Part shown: positions 24,180-37,500 of the stretch, one piece after another
Layout of the letters: the number at the start of each line of letters is the position of its first letter
How positions within the stretch are numbered: the stretch's first letter is position 1
Source of the DNA: Piedraia hortae CBS 480.64
Taxonomy: Eukaryota
Reading direction: 5' to 3'
DNA: 55,829 nt
NCBI GenBank assembly: GCA_010093745.1
Contig: MU005958.1
Location: forward strand, 620,001 to 675,829
The notes under the pieces: generated by a model
Database searches by the model: none
What the model saw: only the letters and a program-made list of their open reading frames with translations
Told to the model about the DNA's origin: nothing
Program-made: the position numbers and the translations under genes

Positions 24180-25598
24180 ATGGCCGGAGGGAGTGGGCGG
24201 GTATGCGAGTATTTCCTTCAAGGAAAATGCAAGTTTGGAGGTAACTGCAAGAATGAACACCCCCGAAACAATACTAGAACGTTTGGCGGCGGCGGAAGCG
24301 GAAGCGGAGGCCGAGTGCGAAAACTTTCCCCCATCGGCCTCCCTTATTACCTGAACGAGGACGTGATAAGGTCCGACCTCACCGTGGATCGACCGGAATG
24401 GAAGCTCTCAGCCTACGGCCCAGGCAGAGATGCTCCGCGACAATTGATCGGCGGCGCTGTGGAAATCAGTCCGGAAGAGATGCGCGCGCAGGAACGTCTC
24501 GCCAATTCCTACGGCCGCTCGGATGAATACAAACAGATGGAGCGGAATGCATTTGACCAAGCCGACCGCGAGGTTCGAGGCGTATTGAACAAGATTCCTG
24601 AGGCCATTGATTATGTTATTGCGGGTGCAAACAACCACCCCAACCGTCTAGATGGCGTGCTGAAGAATTCCAAAACCTTTGCGCAACACGGCGCTTCGGG
24701 AATGCCTCAGAATCTTCCCCCTGCGCAGTCATCAGCATTCGGCAGGACAAACAATTCTTTCGGAAAGCCTTCTCCTCTCGGCAACCAGCCAGCATTTGGA
24801 ATACCATCTCCAGCTGCTGCATCTTCTCCCAGCCAGAATCCATTTACAGCACAACTTCAAGCCCAGCGGGCGAATAGTCCTCAAGCACCGGCCGCCAACC
24901 AGTCTCCCAACCATAACCCCTTTGGAGCCGGCGCCCAAGTGGGAACTCGAACCGGCCCGAATCCTTTTGCCGTCAACACGGTAGCCGCATCGCTATTCAC
25001 CCAGCCCAAACCGCAGCTTGCAGTAGCAACAGCTCAAGCACGCAACATACCCATGGCGCAGCCATCTCCCATGAACCTCACCACACCTTCACCCAGCACC
25101 GCTGTCTTTCCCAACAAACCATCCTTCAACAAACCCGCCTTCCTCTCTCCAGCAGGCGGAATCAACCTATCCGCACCCGCAACCCCCACCTTGAGCGGCG
25201 CACCAGCAGCACCAGGCCGTCTTACCCCAGCATTAGCGCCCAACCTCGCCGCAACAGCCAGCTACACCACGCGCGACGCGAACGGCAAACTTCTAACCTG
25301 GAAAGGCCACCGGGTAGAATGGGAAAGCGACAGCGTGCCCGGGGCAATCATAGTCCCAAGGATCGAGAAAGCGTACATCCAGAACCCGCAGACCGGGAAA
25401 CAAGAACGCATCTGGCATCCAAACGGCCCGCCAACCACTGGTCATAAATACGCCGAGGCCGCGCCTGAGACGTATGATGGGCCGATTGGTAGTCTTCTTA
25501 AAAGTGCGTACGAGTATGCGAGAGAGACGGGATGGTTCAAGGATGGGGTCATGCCGGAGATCCCACCGAAGAGGGAGTGGGTCGCTTGGGATTTGTGA
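24180..25598 (+). CDS. CCCH zinc-finger FG nucleoporin (Amo1/Nup42/hCG1-like)
   Basis: CEYFLQGKCKFGGNCKNEH, DLTVDRPEWKLSAYGPG, EISPEEMR, and AFG/NPF repeats. ATG at 24180. Confidence 0.82.
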   Translation: MAGGSGRVCEYFLQGKCKFGGNCKNEHPRNNTRTFGGGGSGSGGRVRKLSPIGLPYYLNEDVIRSDLTVDRPEWKLSAYGPGRDAPRQLIGGAVEISPEEMRAQERLANSYGRSDEYKQMERNAFDQADREVRGVLNKIPEAIDYVIAGANNHPNRLDGVLKNSKTFAQHGASGMPQNLPPAQSSAFGRTNNSFGKPSPLGNQPAFGIPSPAAASSPSQNPFTAQLQAQRANSPQAPAANQSPNHNPFGAGAQVGTRTGPNPFAVNTVAASLFTQPKPQLAVATAQARNIPMAQPSPMNLTTPSPSTAVFPNKPSFNKPAFLSPAGGINLSAPATPTLSGAPAAPGRLTPALAPNLAATASYTTRDANGKLLTWKGHRVEWESDSVPGAIIVPRIEKAYIQNPQTGKQERIWHPNGPPTTGHKYAEAAPETYDGPIGSLLKSAYEYARETGWFKDGVMPEIPPKREWVAWDL

Positions 25599-26258
25599 GG
25601 GCTCTGTCTGGGGGTTTAGCGGGTGTTGAGTGGGAGTTTTGGTCTTCTTTGAGGTGGGTTCTTGTAGAGCGGTTCTCTTGTAATGTATTATTTCTAATCA
25701 TTTGATGTGTCCCGTTTCTTGCTAGATGCAGAATCTGCGCGGGCAGAGGGAAGTTTATCACTGCGAATGAAAATAGGTAGAAGCGAACGCGACGATGTCG
25801 CAAAGATTATTTTACCGTTGCATTCGGGCAACCCCTTGTTGTTTTGGGAGTTTGTTGTTTCGTGGGCGCAAAATCCTGTGTAACTCTCAGAAGAAAACCC
25901 CAAAATATTCCGCTCATTTAAGCTTTTCATTTTACGTCTATGAATGGGTCATAGCTCCTAATGAGCAGACCCAAATGTGCGTTAGATGGAATCCGCTCGT
26001 TTAGACGGGATTTTTTGCCAATAGCACTTTTCCTGCCGGTAGCACAGTATTTTCCACCGTTAGCACGTAGATTCCGCAAAAACACGCTTTCTCCCCGTAA
26101 TAAAACGACTTGGTCCACAACCGGGGCCCAGTTTTTGGCGTCAAGAAACTCTAACTTTTTGCCTTTCGACTTTTTGACCATGAACACGGGATTTTTTTCT
26201 CAAACGGCTTAAACTTTGCCCTCAGTTGGTACTGTTAAAAAACGAACTTTTTGTGCTG

Positions 26259-26505
26259 TGTGACGACGCGAGGCTTACGACGAGTGGTCGGGGCCAAGGG
26301 ATCGATGAGAGACAAGGGTGAGAGGCTCACAGCAATGGGCTATGGACGAGAAGACTGCGTAGACCCTATGTAGACAGAGAACAATGCATGAAGAAGAGAA
26401 AAGAAAAGTCAGTGCCGCCTGAGTGTGTGCCGCAGAGTGAGGCCACTAGGCTCGGGCCGTGGACGGACCGGGCCCTTCCGCGTGACTAGGCCCTGAGTCC
26501 TAACA
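26259..26505 (-). mobile_element. Solo LTR, copy 2 (247 bp, inverted)
   Basis: Reverse complement of copies 1 and 3; TG..CA ends; TSD TGCTG at 26254-26258 and 26506-26510. Confidence 0.9.
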
Positions 26506-27559
26506 TGCTGTCGCGTTCTTTATTACCACAGACACGATTAATTTGACCCTTTTGTTCTTTTTTTTAGATTACTGAAGAGTAGATGATGAGCGTGGAGGAG
26601 GCGAGATTTTACCTACCTGCGGCAGCAGCCGGGGTAAAATTTTGCTCGCGACAGCTAACATTGACATAGTGCTCATAGACCCGCAAGGGAACCAGATAGC
26701 CCTTTAAATTGATTCATTACTATCATTTTTCGGTTTTAAAACGCTTAATTTTTGCCATCGCGTTGTCTCGACCTTAAAATATGACTTATTTTTTTCTTCC
26801 ATTATTTGTATCTAGGGATGATTGGTTGTTTCCTTTCGCTTTTCTTCCGTACACGGTTGTCGCTGGGTTAACACGGCTTTTCTGGTGGGTACACCTTTTG
26901 TGAGGGAGGGAGAAATGTGACGTCATCTCAGGAACTTTTTTGCAGCGTCAATGAGGAGACGATGCGATATTGAATGACTGTGGGCGCTACGAACGGGGCT
27001 CAACAGGATGGGTTTGGGAGTCGATGGGCTGGAGGAGGGAGGGTGGATGACCTCTCCCAGGGCAGGCTTGGGCAAAGGAAAAGCCGCTGCTACATTTGAG
27101 ATGCGACATTAGCCAAGAAGGTGCGAGAAAAGCGGTAGAGTGGTCGAGTTTAGGAATGAGTTCTGCCACAACGGAGGATTGACTCATTAAGGTAGTGAGT
27201 GTGCCTCTGGACGCGCGTATCACAGACGGGATGGGTCCGATGACAACCAGAATGATACGTTTCAGAAGAATGCGATTAGGATTGAGAGATAATCATGGTT
27301 GTACACGGTGAGACAACTGGAGCAGATCGGACGGTTGTTGCTGTGGATTTGGCCTCCGAGCAAGGCTAGAAACACTTAGTGAAGGAAAGGAGGGAATGTA
27401 CTTTGTTGAAACTGGGGTACACTGGAGTTGAAGGATGTATCACGTGATGACCATGTACATCGTCCTTTATGTATGCAGCACGCATGATACTATTATTCAT
27501 GTCTTAGTGTACTCACACAATCAGTTCGTCCCCTTTAACTTTTGACCATTCTCGACACC

Positions 27560-28060
27560 GTGTTTGGGGACCCTGACGCCGAGAAAACCGCGCGTACCGA
27601 ACTCAGCTCGTGCCATCTGGGCGCTCTGGAGTTATCGGAATATGTGGTAGAATTTCAACGCATTGCCGCCCGGACCCACTAACCGGAGGACACGTTGCGA
27701 ACCGCTCTTGAGCTTGGGCTCAACGCCTTTTTTCGGAAAGCACTCATCTATACGCCGCCTCTGGTGGGCGCCTCGTTGTCTGAGTTCATCCAGCACCTCA
27801 CGGGAATCTACAATTGCTTGCGCGCTGTCAGAGCTGACACGCCTGGTTCTGTTCCGCTGGCTTCCTCTGTCGTAGGTCGCGGGCGTGCTCAACCTTGGTA
27901 GATCAACTAGGTCCAAGGTGCGGTAGCCCAGTGCGTATGATGGTGTACTCTTAGGATACCTACAGTAACAGCGCGACACAACTCTCACGAGCAGTTCTGT
28001 GGGAAGTGACTGGAATATGCTGTGGAGCCAGGTGGCACCTCAACGTTCCTGTTGGTAAAG
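27560..28060 (+). mobile_element. Decayed Ty3/Gypsy gag fragment
   Basis: FGDPDAEKTARTELSSCHLGALELSEYVVEFQRIAARTH*PEDTLRTALELGLNAFFRKAL fits the retrotransposon gag pattern. An eroded zinc knuckle (ICCGARWH) lies near 28010-28040. Confidence 0.7.
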
Positions 28061-29708
28061 GCATCGATAGATCATCGAACAACAACCGCTCAGTCTATTA
28101 CTACTCACTCTTGCAACGTGTAACCTATCCTCGCCGTGTGCATGAAAACCTTTGCTATCGAACGAACTATGAGGACATGAGCGGTTGGAAAGTGTTCAAA
28201 CCACGTCATTGTCAAGCATTAAGGCGAGCATGCAATCAGCAGGAGCACGCACAGCTGCAGTTCAGCCTGCGAGGCTAGCGATGGAGAGTAGATGACGAGG
28301 TCAGGTTAGGCAGTAGTTTGGTCACTGTACAGGACGTGGTCGGCGGATGCGATCCGAGGCATGCAGTAATGTGGGGCAGCCTTGGCACACAAATCTACCC
28401 TTCACTTCCCCTGCTCTATAGTCCCAGAATCACAGATATGCTTGCTTTCACACTTTGTGTTCATCCTGTGCACGACGCTACGCTACGATCAAAACGAACA
28501 TACGCAAACATCGGTGAAACTTCATCATACTATTGTGCGCCCCATTTCCGGACACTGTTCTTTTTCCACTCTTTTGCATCTCAGTGCTTATATCGCTTCG
28601 CATGGAGTATCTTCCATACATCAACACTCAATACCATGTACCGTACCCACTCGAGACGAAGGGTTTATCGCTAGTGTACCTAAATGTGTCTAGTTCTGTA
28701 CTCCGGCCAGTCAGATGGAGCTGTAACTTTCCCACTAATCTAGTATAGGTATGGTGTGGTCCAGAGTGTCGGTGACGAACCCCGAAGAGAGCTCGCCTGA
28801 TTCGCTGAAGTGCGAAGCTAAACTCAAACAGGCACGCTAGCGGCAAATCTTTTGTCGGAGGGGTGAATCTCCGAGGACTAGAGCGGAGTGGATGTCAACG
28901 ACAAAAGTTTTTACTCAAGTTTTACTGAAAAATGTGTAATCTAGATGTCTCTCTATGAGATGAGGTTCAAAATCCCCCCCACACTACCTCAGTCTAACCG
29001 CATTTGCCAGGACAACGTCAGCGAACCATGCTCTTAAGCATGAACGAGACAATGACCCGTCTCAGGGAAAACTTCCTCTATAGAGGTAAAAACACTGAGA
29101 AGTTTCGACTTCTATCTATAGTTCTGGTCATGGTGGGTGCCACATCCTTTTGACTTCTTTCATCTCAAGTAAGCAAGGTATGCTGAATCTTGTCTAATGG
29201 CGTCCCAATTGAATCGGGCCGGTACTAGCCAGGAGGTGAAAACACCTCCCAAACCTTGTAGCAAGACACTTTAGGACAGCTATGAATACTATTGGTACCA
29301 TTTGAAGTGTCCGCCACTAACACAGGCAGCCATCGGTTCGGGATTGAGTTCCTGTTACATGACTCCATTGACACCTCAGTTGACAACTGAATTTCGACAG
29401 CATAACACTGTTAACACCTCAACCATTGGCCAAGTCCCAACGCTATGGCACCATCGGACACCTTAACTCCTGACGCACGGTCTCCTTGAAATAATATTTA
29501 ATCTGGGAATCAAAGGCTCCCAAAGCACCTTTTTTACCTTCCTTGATCTTTCAAACGCGATTCCTCTTCCTCACATACAACGACTAACATCTTCTTAAAT
29601 AGCCTCAGATCCTTCCCATGTTCTATAAAGGTATTTCATACGCGCTCCATCGCATGACGATGACACAATTCACCTGATGTTTACTAACGACACGTAGGGC
29701 GTCTCTCA

Positions 29709-30873
29709 ATGAAATCATCGTATTTGCCCCCCGAGCTCAAGCTCAAGATTCTTCGCAGCCTCAGTGACGACCGCGGTTCCCTCCGAAATGTTACCTATTC
29801 CCTGCTTAAGCCATGTCTACATCGAGCTCGGGACACGGTTTATCTGGGAAATGCCTTATGGATTCGAAAAGAGTTACAAAAAAAGCCCTAGGTTTCTTCG
29901 AGGAGAGAACACCGCGTTGGAATTGATCCCCAGCTCTTTGAAAAAACCTTACAATTATGGTATACTGCCACCGGCAGGAACGCTTCTGCCACTTCTTAGT
30001 CGCCTTGAAAGGCTTCAGACTTTGGAGCTGGGCAACGGCTTCTGTTCAACGGAGACTCTACGCGGCGTATTTGGACGTTTGGGTTCACGTACGACGCTCA
30101 GAAAGTTGAAGATCAATCGATTTTCCATCAGGAACTTGTTCCAATACGGCACGATAACTGACACGAGCACTAGCAACAAGTGCGATGCGTCACACCTCTC
30201 GAAGATTACAAGCGATATACGCCAATGCTGTTTGAGATTTCACAGGATACTTAACCGCCTGTTCACAGTCTCCCTTCCCAACCTCCAAAATTTGACAATC
30301 TCCCTCTAGCCTCCTGGTGCTAGAAATCCAGTGGATGCAGGGGTGGACCAACCAGAACTCGCTGAAACCGGAGAGTTTAGAGGCCTAAAATGTCTCAAGA
30401 TTATCAAGTCAAGCCCTTCTTATCCTGACATTCATGCCAAAGACCTGGCTACCTTGGTCTCAAAGCTAAGAGACCTTAAGAAATTCGTGCTGGACCACGC
30501 ATACCCCCTCAGGACCGCTACTCTGATCGAGCTTGGCAGAAACTGTCAAGATCTCGAGCTCTGCGAATTTCGCAGTGCGTTCGACTTTGTTCCTCTCGAG
30601 AACGTTCAAGCACCACTTTTTCCTGCCTTGCGTTATCTATTTATCGAAAATATCGCATTGTGGGATTTTGGTCTGAAAGACGATGCTAAGGTGATCGGCA
30701 AAGTGCTCAGACGACATTTTCCAAGCCTCTTATTGTTGGTTCTTAGCGATGTGGACGTGAGATCAGAGAATGTATTGAAGGATATTCAGCACTCCCAATA
30801 CACTAGATGTGGGAATACGATCATCATATGGCTAGTTCCTTCTCTTGGCTACTCAAGCGAGGAGGAGGATGAC

Positions 30874-30907
<34 letters not shown>

Positions 30908-30936
30908 CGGATAGTATGTACGACTGGGATCCGTAG
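29709..30936 (+). pseudogene. F-box/LRR-like protein gene, disrupted
   Basis: F-box-like YLPPELKLKILRSL and LRR-like units (LERLQTLEL, LRKLKI, LPNLQNLTI, FPALRYLFI). Frameshift before ~29890 and in-frame TAG at 30307-30309. Upstream UTR-type intron 29631-29697 (GTATTT..TACTAAC..TAG). Confidence 0.65.
30859..30906 (+). repeat. (GAG)3-(GAT)n microsatellite encoding a poly-Asp tail
   Basis: Read directly from the sequence. Confidence 0.95.
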
Positions 30937-33900
30937 ACACAAAAAAAATTTGAGCGGAAGATAATCGAGTTGTGTACAAGTTCTTGTCACTGAATGCGGA
31001 CAGCCTAAGCAGTATCTAACAGAAAAGCATAACGTGGTTTGGAGGGTCAGAGTAGAGTGATGTGTGTTTCAAATCATTTGCGTTTGCATCATTGAATCTC
31101 TTATGCACCTTTATTTATCATTCCCCGACGTAGGATGTGAGGTCAACTCACCAAAGTGATAGGCTCGTGATCAGTCGACAGGACCTGCAGGGCGCCAAAT
31201 GTCAGGTCTTTGATCTCCGCAGATATTGAAATGGTGATGGAACAGATCTCTTCCGAGGGAAGAATAATTTCAAGGCGATCGGAGTGGGGTGGCAACTCGT
31301 TATCCAAATCAGAAAGGGACAATGGGCCTACCTCTGAACACATGAAAGCGTGCGTCGTACGAGATCTGCTGCAAACGAACATTAGCATGGATGCTTTTGA
31401 TCAAAATTGGAAATTGTGGTTATGTCAGTTGTCTTTAGTTGGTTTGTTTGTTCTCGCTCAATGCAACGCGGTCAGAAAGTCGGTAATATGATTGTAATCG
31501 TAAGAAGAAATTAGAAAGAACCCGCCTAACGCATCACGCCACGCCGTCATTTTCGGATCTGTAAGCATGGCATTCGGTGTGTGGCCCAGAGGAAAGGCTC
31601 GGTATGATGCTTCAGTCGTAGCAGGAATTCGCCACTGAGGTTTCTAGCCGCGTTCGCCCTTGCAAAAGGCGGATAGCAATGAGGTATCTCTCGATCATAG
31701 CATTTTTCGATGTCTGTCAATGCACATATTGCCTGGACGGATGGAGGGAGTCAGCATGGCCACATTTGTCAGAAGTCTGCCGCTTGCGGAAGTGTTATTG
31801 AGACCGGATCCATCTCCGTGTAAGGAGATGATGGTATGAAAGGATTCAAGTACGAGGTCCTCTCATGCATTTATTTAGGAGGGTTTCCTCCCATAACATC
31901 ATTCATTGAGAGATGTTTACTTTGCTCTCTACTGGGGTATGAGTTCTTTCCTTCCCCTCCGACAACATTTCACAGCGGCGCAAAGAAGAATAGAGGCGGG
32001 TCAGATTCTCTGCTAGATTTGCAATATCGAACGACTTGACCTTTGTCTTGCAATTGCGTTAACGAGAAACTGATTCCCATCATCCCCGGGGAATGAAGAA
32101 AGGCATGCACTTACCGCCGGCTTCAAAGCAGATGGTCTGCCATGGAAATCAACTGCGATGCATCAGTGTGTCCAACCTCCTACCTCCAGCATGGTGTGTG
32201 TGTGTGTGGGCTGAATGCCAGGTAGCAGGGGTAAGTCAATTTAGAGCGATCATACGATCAGATACATTGCTCATCACGCCATGAGTGAATGGGGCTGCTT
32301 ACTTACCTCTGTTCCGCCCAGAAGGCGTAAACGAGTACACTTGGGCCAAGTATGGGAATTAGGAGATCCCTGCCAATCAAATTGGATGGCCTTCCACACC
32401 AACAGTGCCCTAGGGCTAGGCGTTCGCAGGGAACCCAGCAGAGCACCAGCAGGCTCGCGTAGAACGAACCCCAGCGCTATAAAACATGAGCCTGGGCAGG
32501 CAGTTTGCTGGACAATGACATTGATAAACGATAGAATTGTGGGTGACATAGGAAGAAGACAAATTCAAGTCAATGGAAATGGGTCAGATATCGTCTCGGC
32601 AATGGTTCGCTTACACACGTGCACAGGTGGGAATGTAAACCACGATATCACAATGGCACGACATTATCAGAGTATATAGCCGGCAGAGGAGTAGGGCTGA
32701 TGATGCCGTCTTGTTCTTTATTTGGTCTGTAAAGTGATTCACAGCAATCTATCTATTCAAGCTTTTAGGGGGGTGGGTGCTGTTCCTATGTCTGAGGCTC
32801 TTATTGAGCGGAGATTTTCACCAATTACTGAGCCCGAGGTTGTCGAATTTTCAGCCTGGGTATCAGATATTCTCTGGTGGGACAAGCCCATGGTAGTGGT
32901 TCTAACTTGATTCTGTTTCTTAAAGCAAAGCCTCGACCTGGGTTTTGGAATGAGAAGGTCAACTTATGCCTTTAGACACTAATTGCTGAGGGGGGAGGAT
33001 TGCCGTCTCTTCCAAGGAGCAGGCTTATTTGTTTTACTTCTTTTGAGAGGACATAAACCGATAACCAGACCTGGATGGGACTAATTTGAGCGATATTCAG
33101 CTGCAACTACAACTCTCGAAAATGTCTAAAGTTTGTTTAGATGATGCCAAGACCGCCCGGTCCGGCCCGTTGTAGGTCAAATTAAACTTTTCACTACCAG
33201 ATGCCGATAAAACGCCTCAAATCAGGTGCAGCATGATTCATGAAGTCTCTACAAGCAAGCCGAGCTACCTGAACCTCTATCTCACATTTGACCCATCTGC
33301 AACTCCCACCTTGAGTTATCAGACCCCATTGGTAACCTCAATGAACCAATCCAAGCCTCTCCTTATAACTTTTAATCTACTGGCACCCAGCCTGCTGGCA
33401 CTGATTGTGCCCCTCGGTGACTTCCGCAATTTCGAGCCCTCGGTTGGGAATGGGGTTTCCTATTTAGAAGCTTCATTCCAATCGAATTCCCAGGGTGCGG
33501 GCATAGACGTCGATCCCGTCGAAACCCTCCCAGATATTGGGGCGGCCATTCGATAGAATGGTAGTAACAAGCCGGTGTTTTCCCGTAACGCCTCTTCTAA
33601 TGCGGTATAATGTGCGGTCCTCGTCCGTTTCCGGGCTTGACGTTACCGCGTTCAAAAAAACCTTGGACAATTTAACAGCAGATTTTTCATCTGCAAGCCT
33701 TGGGAGGATGTGCGTACCTCACCACGTGCTTATGATATGCTCCGAATCAAAGATGCGGTGGCATAGGCGTGCAAAAGGCCAGACGAATTGGCTATAGTTG
33801 GGGTATCCATAGTAGTTCCAGGGTACTGATGCCCTAGCATATGAGCCCAGTACATGGATGGCCTTTCCGGGATTGTGATTGGGCGAGGTTGAGTGCTAGC

Positions 33901-34584
33901 TTGCACAGACGCTGTAGGTGACCTGAAAATGATGAGGCTGGCGAATGAGGCATTTGGCAGTCCGGGTTGCAGTATATATATACATGAAATGGTGAAACAG
34001 AATGGATAGCTCTTGATTCTGTGGCTAGCTTATAGGGGTCTCTTTGAAGCCGGAAAGAAGATATCAGAGAAAGGGAGAGGAAACAGACCGGGGCGTTGTT
34101 TTTAGGGTATTATACAAACATGTTACGACAATTGCGATGACAAAGATGAGACCGTGAGGACGGTTTCCAATGAACGCTAGAACTGCTATTACGTGGCGAT
34201 ATCTGATACACAAATGGTATGCGTTTGCCCGGCCATATAAGGGCCTTTGGTGCTATCATCTTGGTTGCTTTTAACGACCAAATACAACACGTGGGTGGGT
34301 AGAGATGGCTCATGTGCCTATTGTCGTGCCAGATGACGGCCTTGACAGGTCCGTGGCTGATGTAATTCACAGGTTTTGGTTTGGTTTACAAGATTACTTG
34401 CCCAGCTTGCCATTCTGGCGAAAGACTACATACCGCGGACTCTCATCCACGGGACAGGCAGCATGGCCCCCTCTCCGGTCAAATTTAAGGTGCGGCCCGT
34501 ACCGGTGCAAAATGTGGGGACGTGCGGGGAACGTCGCAACGCGACCATACGCGTCGAGTCCATCCGTAAAGAGATGTGAGAAGA

Positions 34585-37500
34585 ATGAGCGACACTCCCC
34601 CAGTTGATGCATCTCCTTCAACGCCGTCGCGTGGATCCGCACGGCGGAAGCCCAGAAAACTCCAAAGGCGAAGCATTGACGTGGATGCGGAAGGCCGCGA
34701 GGAGTCAACAACACCCCAAACTCTCATTAAGAGTAGCCATGGAAGCGATGTCAACATGGATCAAGACAAAAAGAGTTCGACAAATTCGAAACTACCCAAA
34801 TTTGCCCTCGTTCTGGACCAGGGCGACGACGGAAGCATGGATGAAGGCGCGATGCAGAGGCATTTGATGGACGTCGAGTCGAGCTTCATGCCTGACCAAC
34901 CGAGCGAAGTGCCTGAGCAATTGAATGACGGTAATGAATCTTCGCAGCTGGACGTTTCAGCGGGGAGTGAACAGAACGATGATGAGGGCCATATTGCCAG
35001 ACAGGACGTCGCGCCGTCGCCTTCCTCTCCTTCTGCCCAACGTCAATGGGCGAAATCTCCGCCAATGACTCCCTCCCGCTCTCAGTCAGAAACTTCTACT
35101 ATCAAATCCGCGTTCTCACCTCACCCTGAACAGATTGCGCTGCCACACTCCGATCTTATGTCGTTCGGAAGTCCCAACAGCTCGATCCGGAACTCTCTGA
35201 CCCATCGGCCGAGCTATCTATCGTCAGTCTCCGAAGGTGCATCTGCAAATTCTGGTGATGCTGCGGGTGGTGTCCGGACTGATGCCACCGCGCGACCACA
35301 GCAGAGACTGCCAATGACATCGCGTCTGCCCAGTCTGGGTAGCGTCGTATCTTACACAGACCGCGCTGAAGTTCCGCCAGGGTTTGGTCGGGGCTCTAGC
35401 TACAACCGGCGAGGGACGAGTTTGGGTAACGTGGAAGAGGGCGATCCAGAGACGCCACGAGGAGGGGAAGCTGCTACGCAGAACTTGTCGGACACGGTGC
35501 TCGCCCAGCATGTTGATAGGATCCATGTACCAGACACCGTGGCCAGAGACTTTCGAGCCCAGAACCGTTCAACTGACCCGCAACCCAACGCAAGCATGGG
35601 GTTCGGCGATCGTGCGCGTAGGACGCTCACGCTCAAAGAACAGAACAACAAGATGGACATGCTGACCAAAGAGAATTTCGAGCTGAAGCTGAAGATCCAC
35701 TTCCTCGACCAGGCCTTGCAGAAGCGTTCTGACGACGGCGTTAAGGAGCTGATCGATCAAAATGTGCAGTTCCAGACCGACCTGGCCAATGCCAATAAAG
35801 AGCTGACGGCTTTGCGGCGTAAAGCGCGTGATCAAGAGCGCCGTCTGGGCGAACAGGACAAAGCCATGGCCGAGCTCAGACGGCAAAAGCGGGAAGAAGA
35901 ACCTGTACTTCAGGCCGAGATGCACGAAGAAATCCTGGTCCTGCGGCAACAGCTGGATTATTCAAAGGATCAGGCCTCGCAGTTACGTGATGAGCTCATG
36001 GCTAAAGAGCAGGAGAGGGTACGCATGACGGAGCGGATGCGCAGCTTGGCCGGCTCTCGTGGCCACGACGCGGCAGGTTTGCGAGAGACTATGGATATGT
36101 GGCAGGACTTGCTTCATGCCGAAACTGGTCGACGTGAACAGGCCGAAGAAGATATGCGGCGGCTGCGGGAAGAGCTCACGGCCCTGAGAATCGAGCACGC
36201 ATCTCCCATGCCACGCGAGTCAACAGGCCGTCCTCATACCAGTGAAGGTGTCCACTCTGATGCTCCCAGCGATTGGTCGAGCACGCGGATTGAGCAACTG
36301 CGGCACGAGAACGCCGAGCTTCGCCGCGACCTGGGGGCGCAGACAAGTATGCTGACATCACGCAATCGGGAACGCGAGAGGCTGCAGCAGGAGATTGAAG
36401 ACCTGAAGCTGCTTACCCGCAAGACCGTGTCGGTGGCGGGAGAAAGCATTTTCGAACGCTCCGTGTCGCGAGCACGGCAGAGAGCACAGTCCCGAGCCAG
36501 CGAGGCCGTATCTAGCGTCCCAGAAGCCCCCGAAGACTGGGAACGAAAGGAGGGCATGCTAAGGGACCAAAACGCTGAGCTGCGGTTGAAATACCAGGAG
36601 CTCGAAAGGACACACGGCGCCCATCTGCGTTATGTATCTGCCATTGAGGGTGACTTTGAACAGATGGAGAAGGAACTGAATGAGGCGCGGGAAGATGTCC
36701 GCGCTATCCAAGCGGAGCGGGACGAGCTTCTACAGGCGTGTGACGAAAAGGAAAAGGAGCTGCAAGAGCTTGAAGATGAGGCCACGGCGGAGATGCAGAA
36801 ACTGCAGCAAGAGAAGCTTGACCTCGATGGGCAGCTGCAGGAGGCTCAACGACTATGGAGCAAAGCTCAGTCCAAGTTAGAACGCACAGCCGATGATTAC
36901 CGTGGCTTACAGGGTGAGTTGCGGTCAATCACGCAAAGCGTTATGAACCTGGAAGACGAAAAGCTGGCAAGCCAGAGAACCATGCAAACTCTGGAGCAGC
37001 AACTGGCAGAGGCCGAGACTGAGCTGCAAACGTGGGAAAACAAAGTCGCCGAGCTGGAACAAAAGAACCGGAAGCTTGAAATCACCCAAGAGAGCTTGCA
37101 CGGTGAAATTTCCTTCCTGCGGGAGGAGCAGGAGAGTGACAAGATCAAGATTGGTGAACTGGCCGATGCCCTCGATGCTGCTCAGCAAGCGGTGCAGGAC
37201 GGTAAAGACCGACTTCAGGAAATGGAAGCTGCAATGGCAGAGGAGCGGCAGCAGCGAGACGTCCTGGAGAATCAGTCGCGGGAAGAAGTGCAGCGTGTAC
37301 TGGACGATCTCAACTCGGAAAATTCAAAGGCCAAGGACGAGCTGCGACAGCTACGTCGCTCTGTCTCGGCCAAGGAGGTTGAGGCAACAACAAACAAGCA
37401 AAGGCTAGATGAGCTTGAGCGTGCGTTGCGCGAGATCCTGGGCGAGCCCAATGGCAATCGACAGACGCTTTTGAGCGAGGTTGAACGTTTGCAGCGAGAG

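Noticed and set aside
26601..26669. 13-bp hairpin covering a GTAAAA..GCTAAC..TAG intron-like signal
   Set aside because: The intron would be 36 nt, below the local range, and no credible ORF or RNA family is apparent.
31000..34400. Numerous 60-130-aa ORFs
   Set aside because: No recognisable domains or consistent splice pattern; treated as decayed or non-coding sequence.
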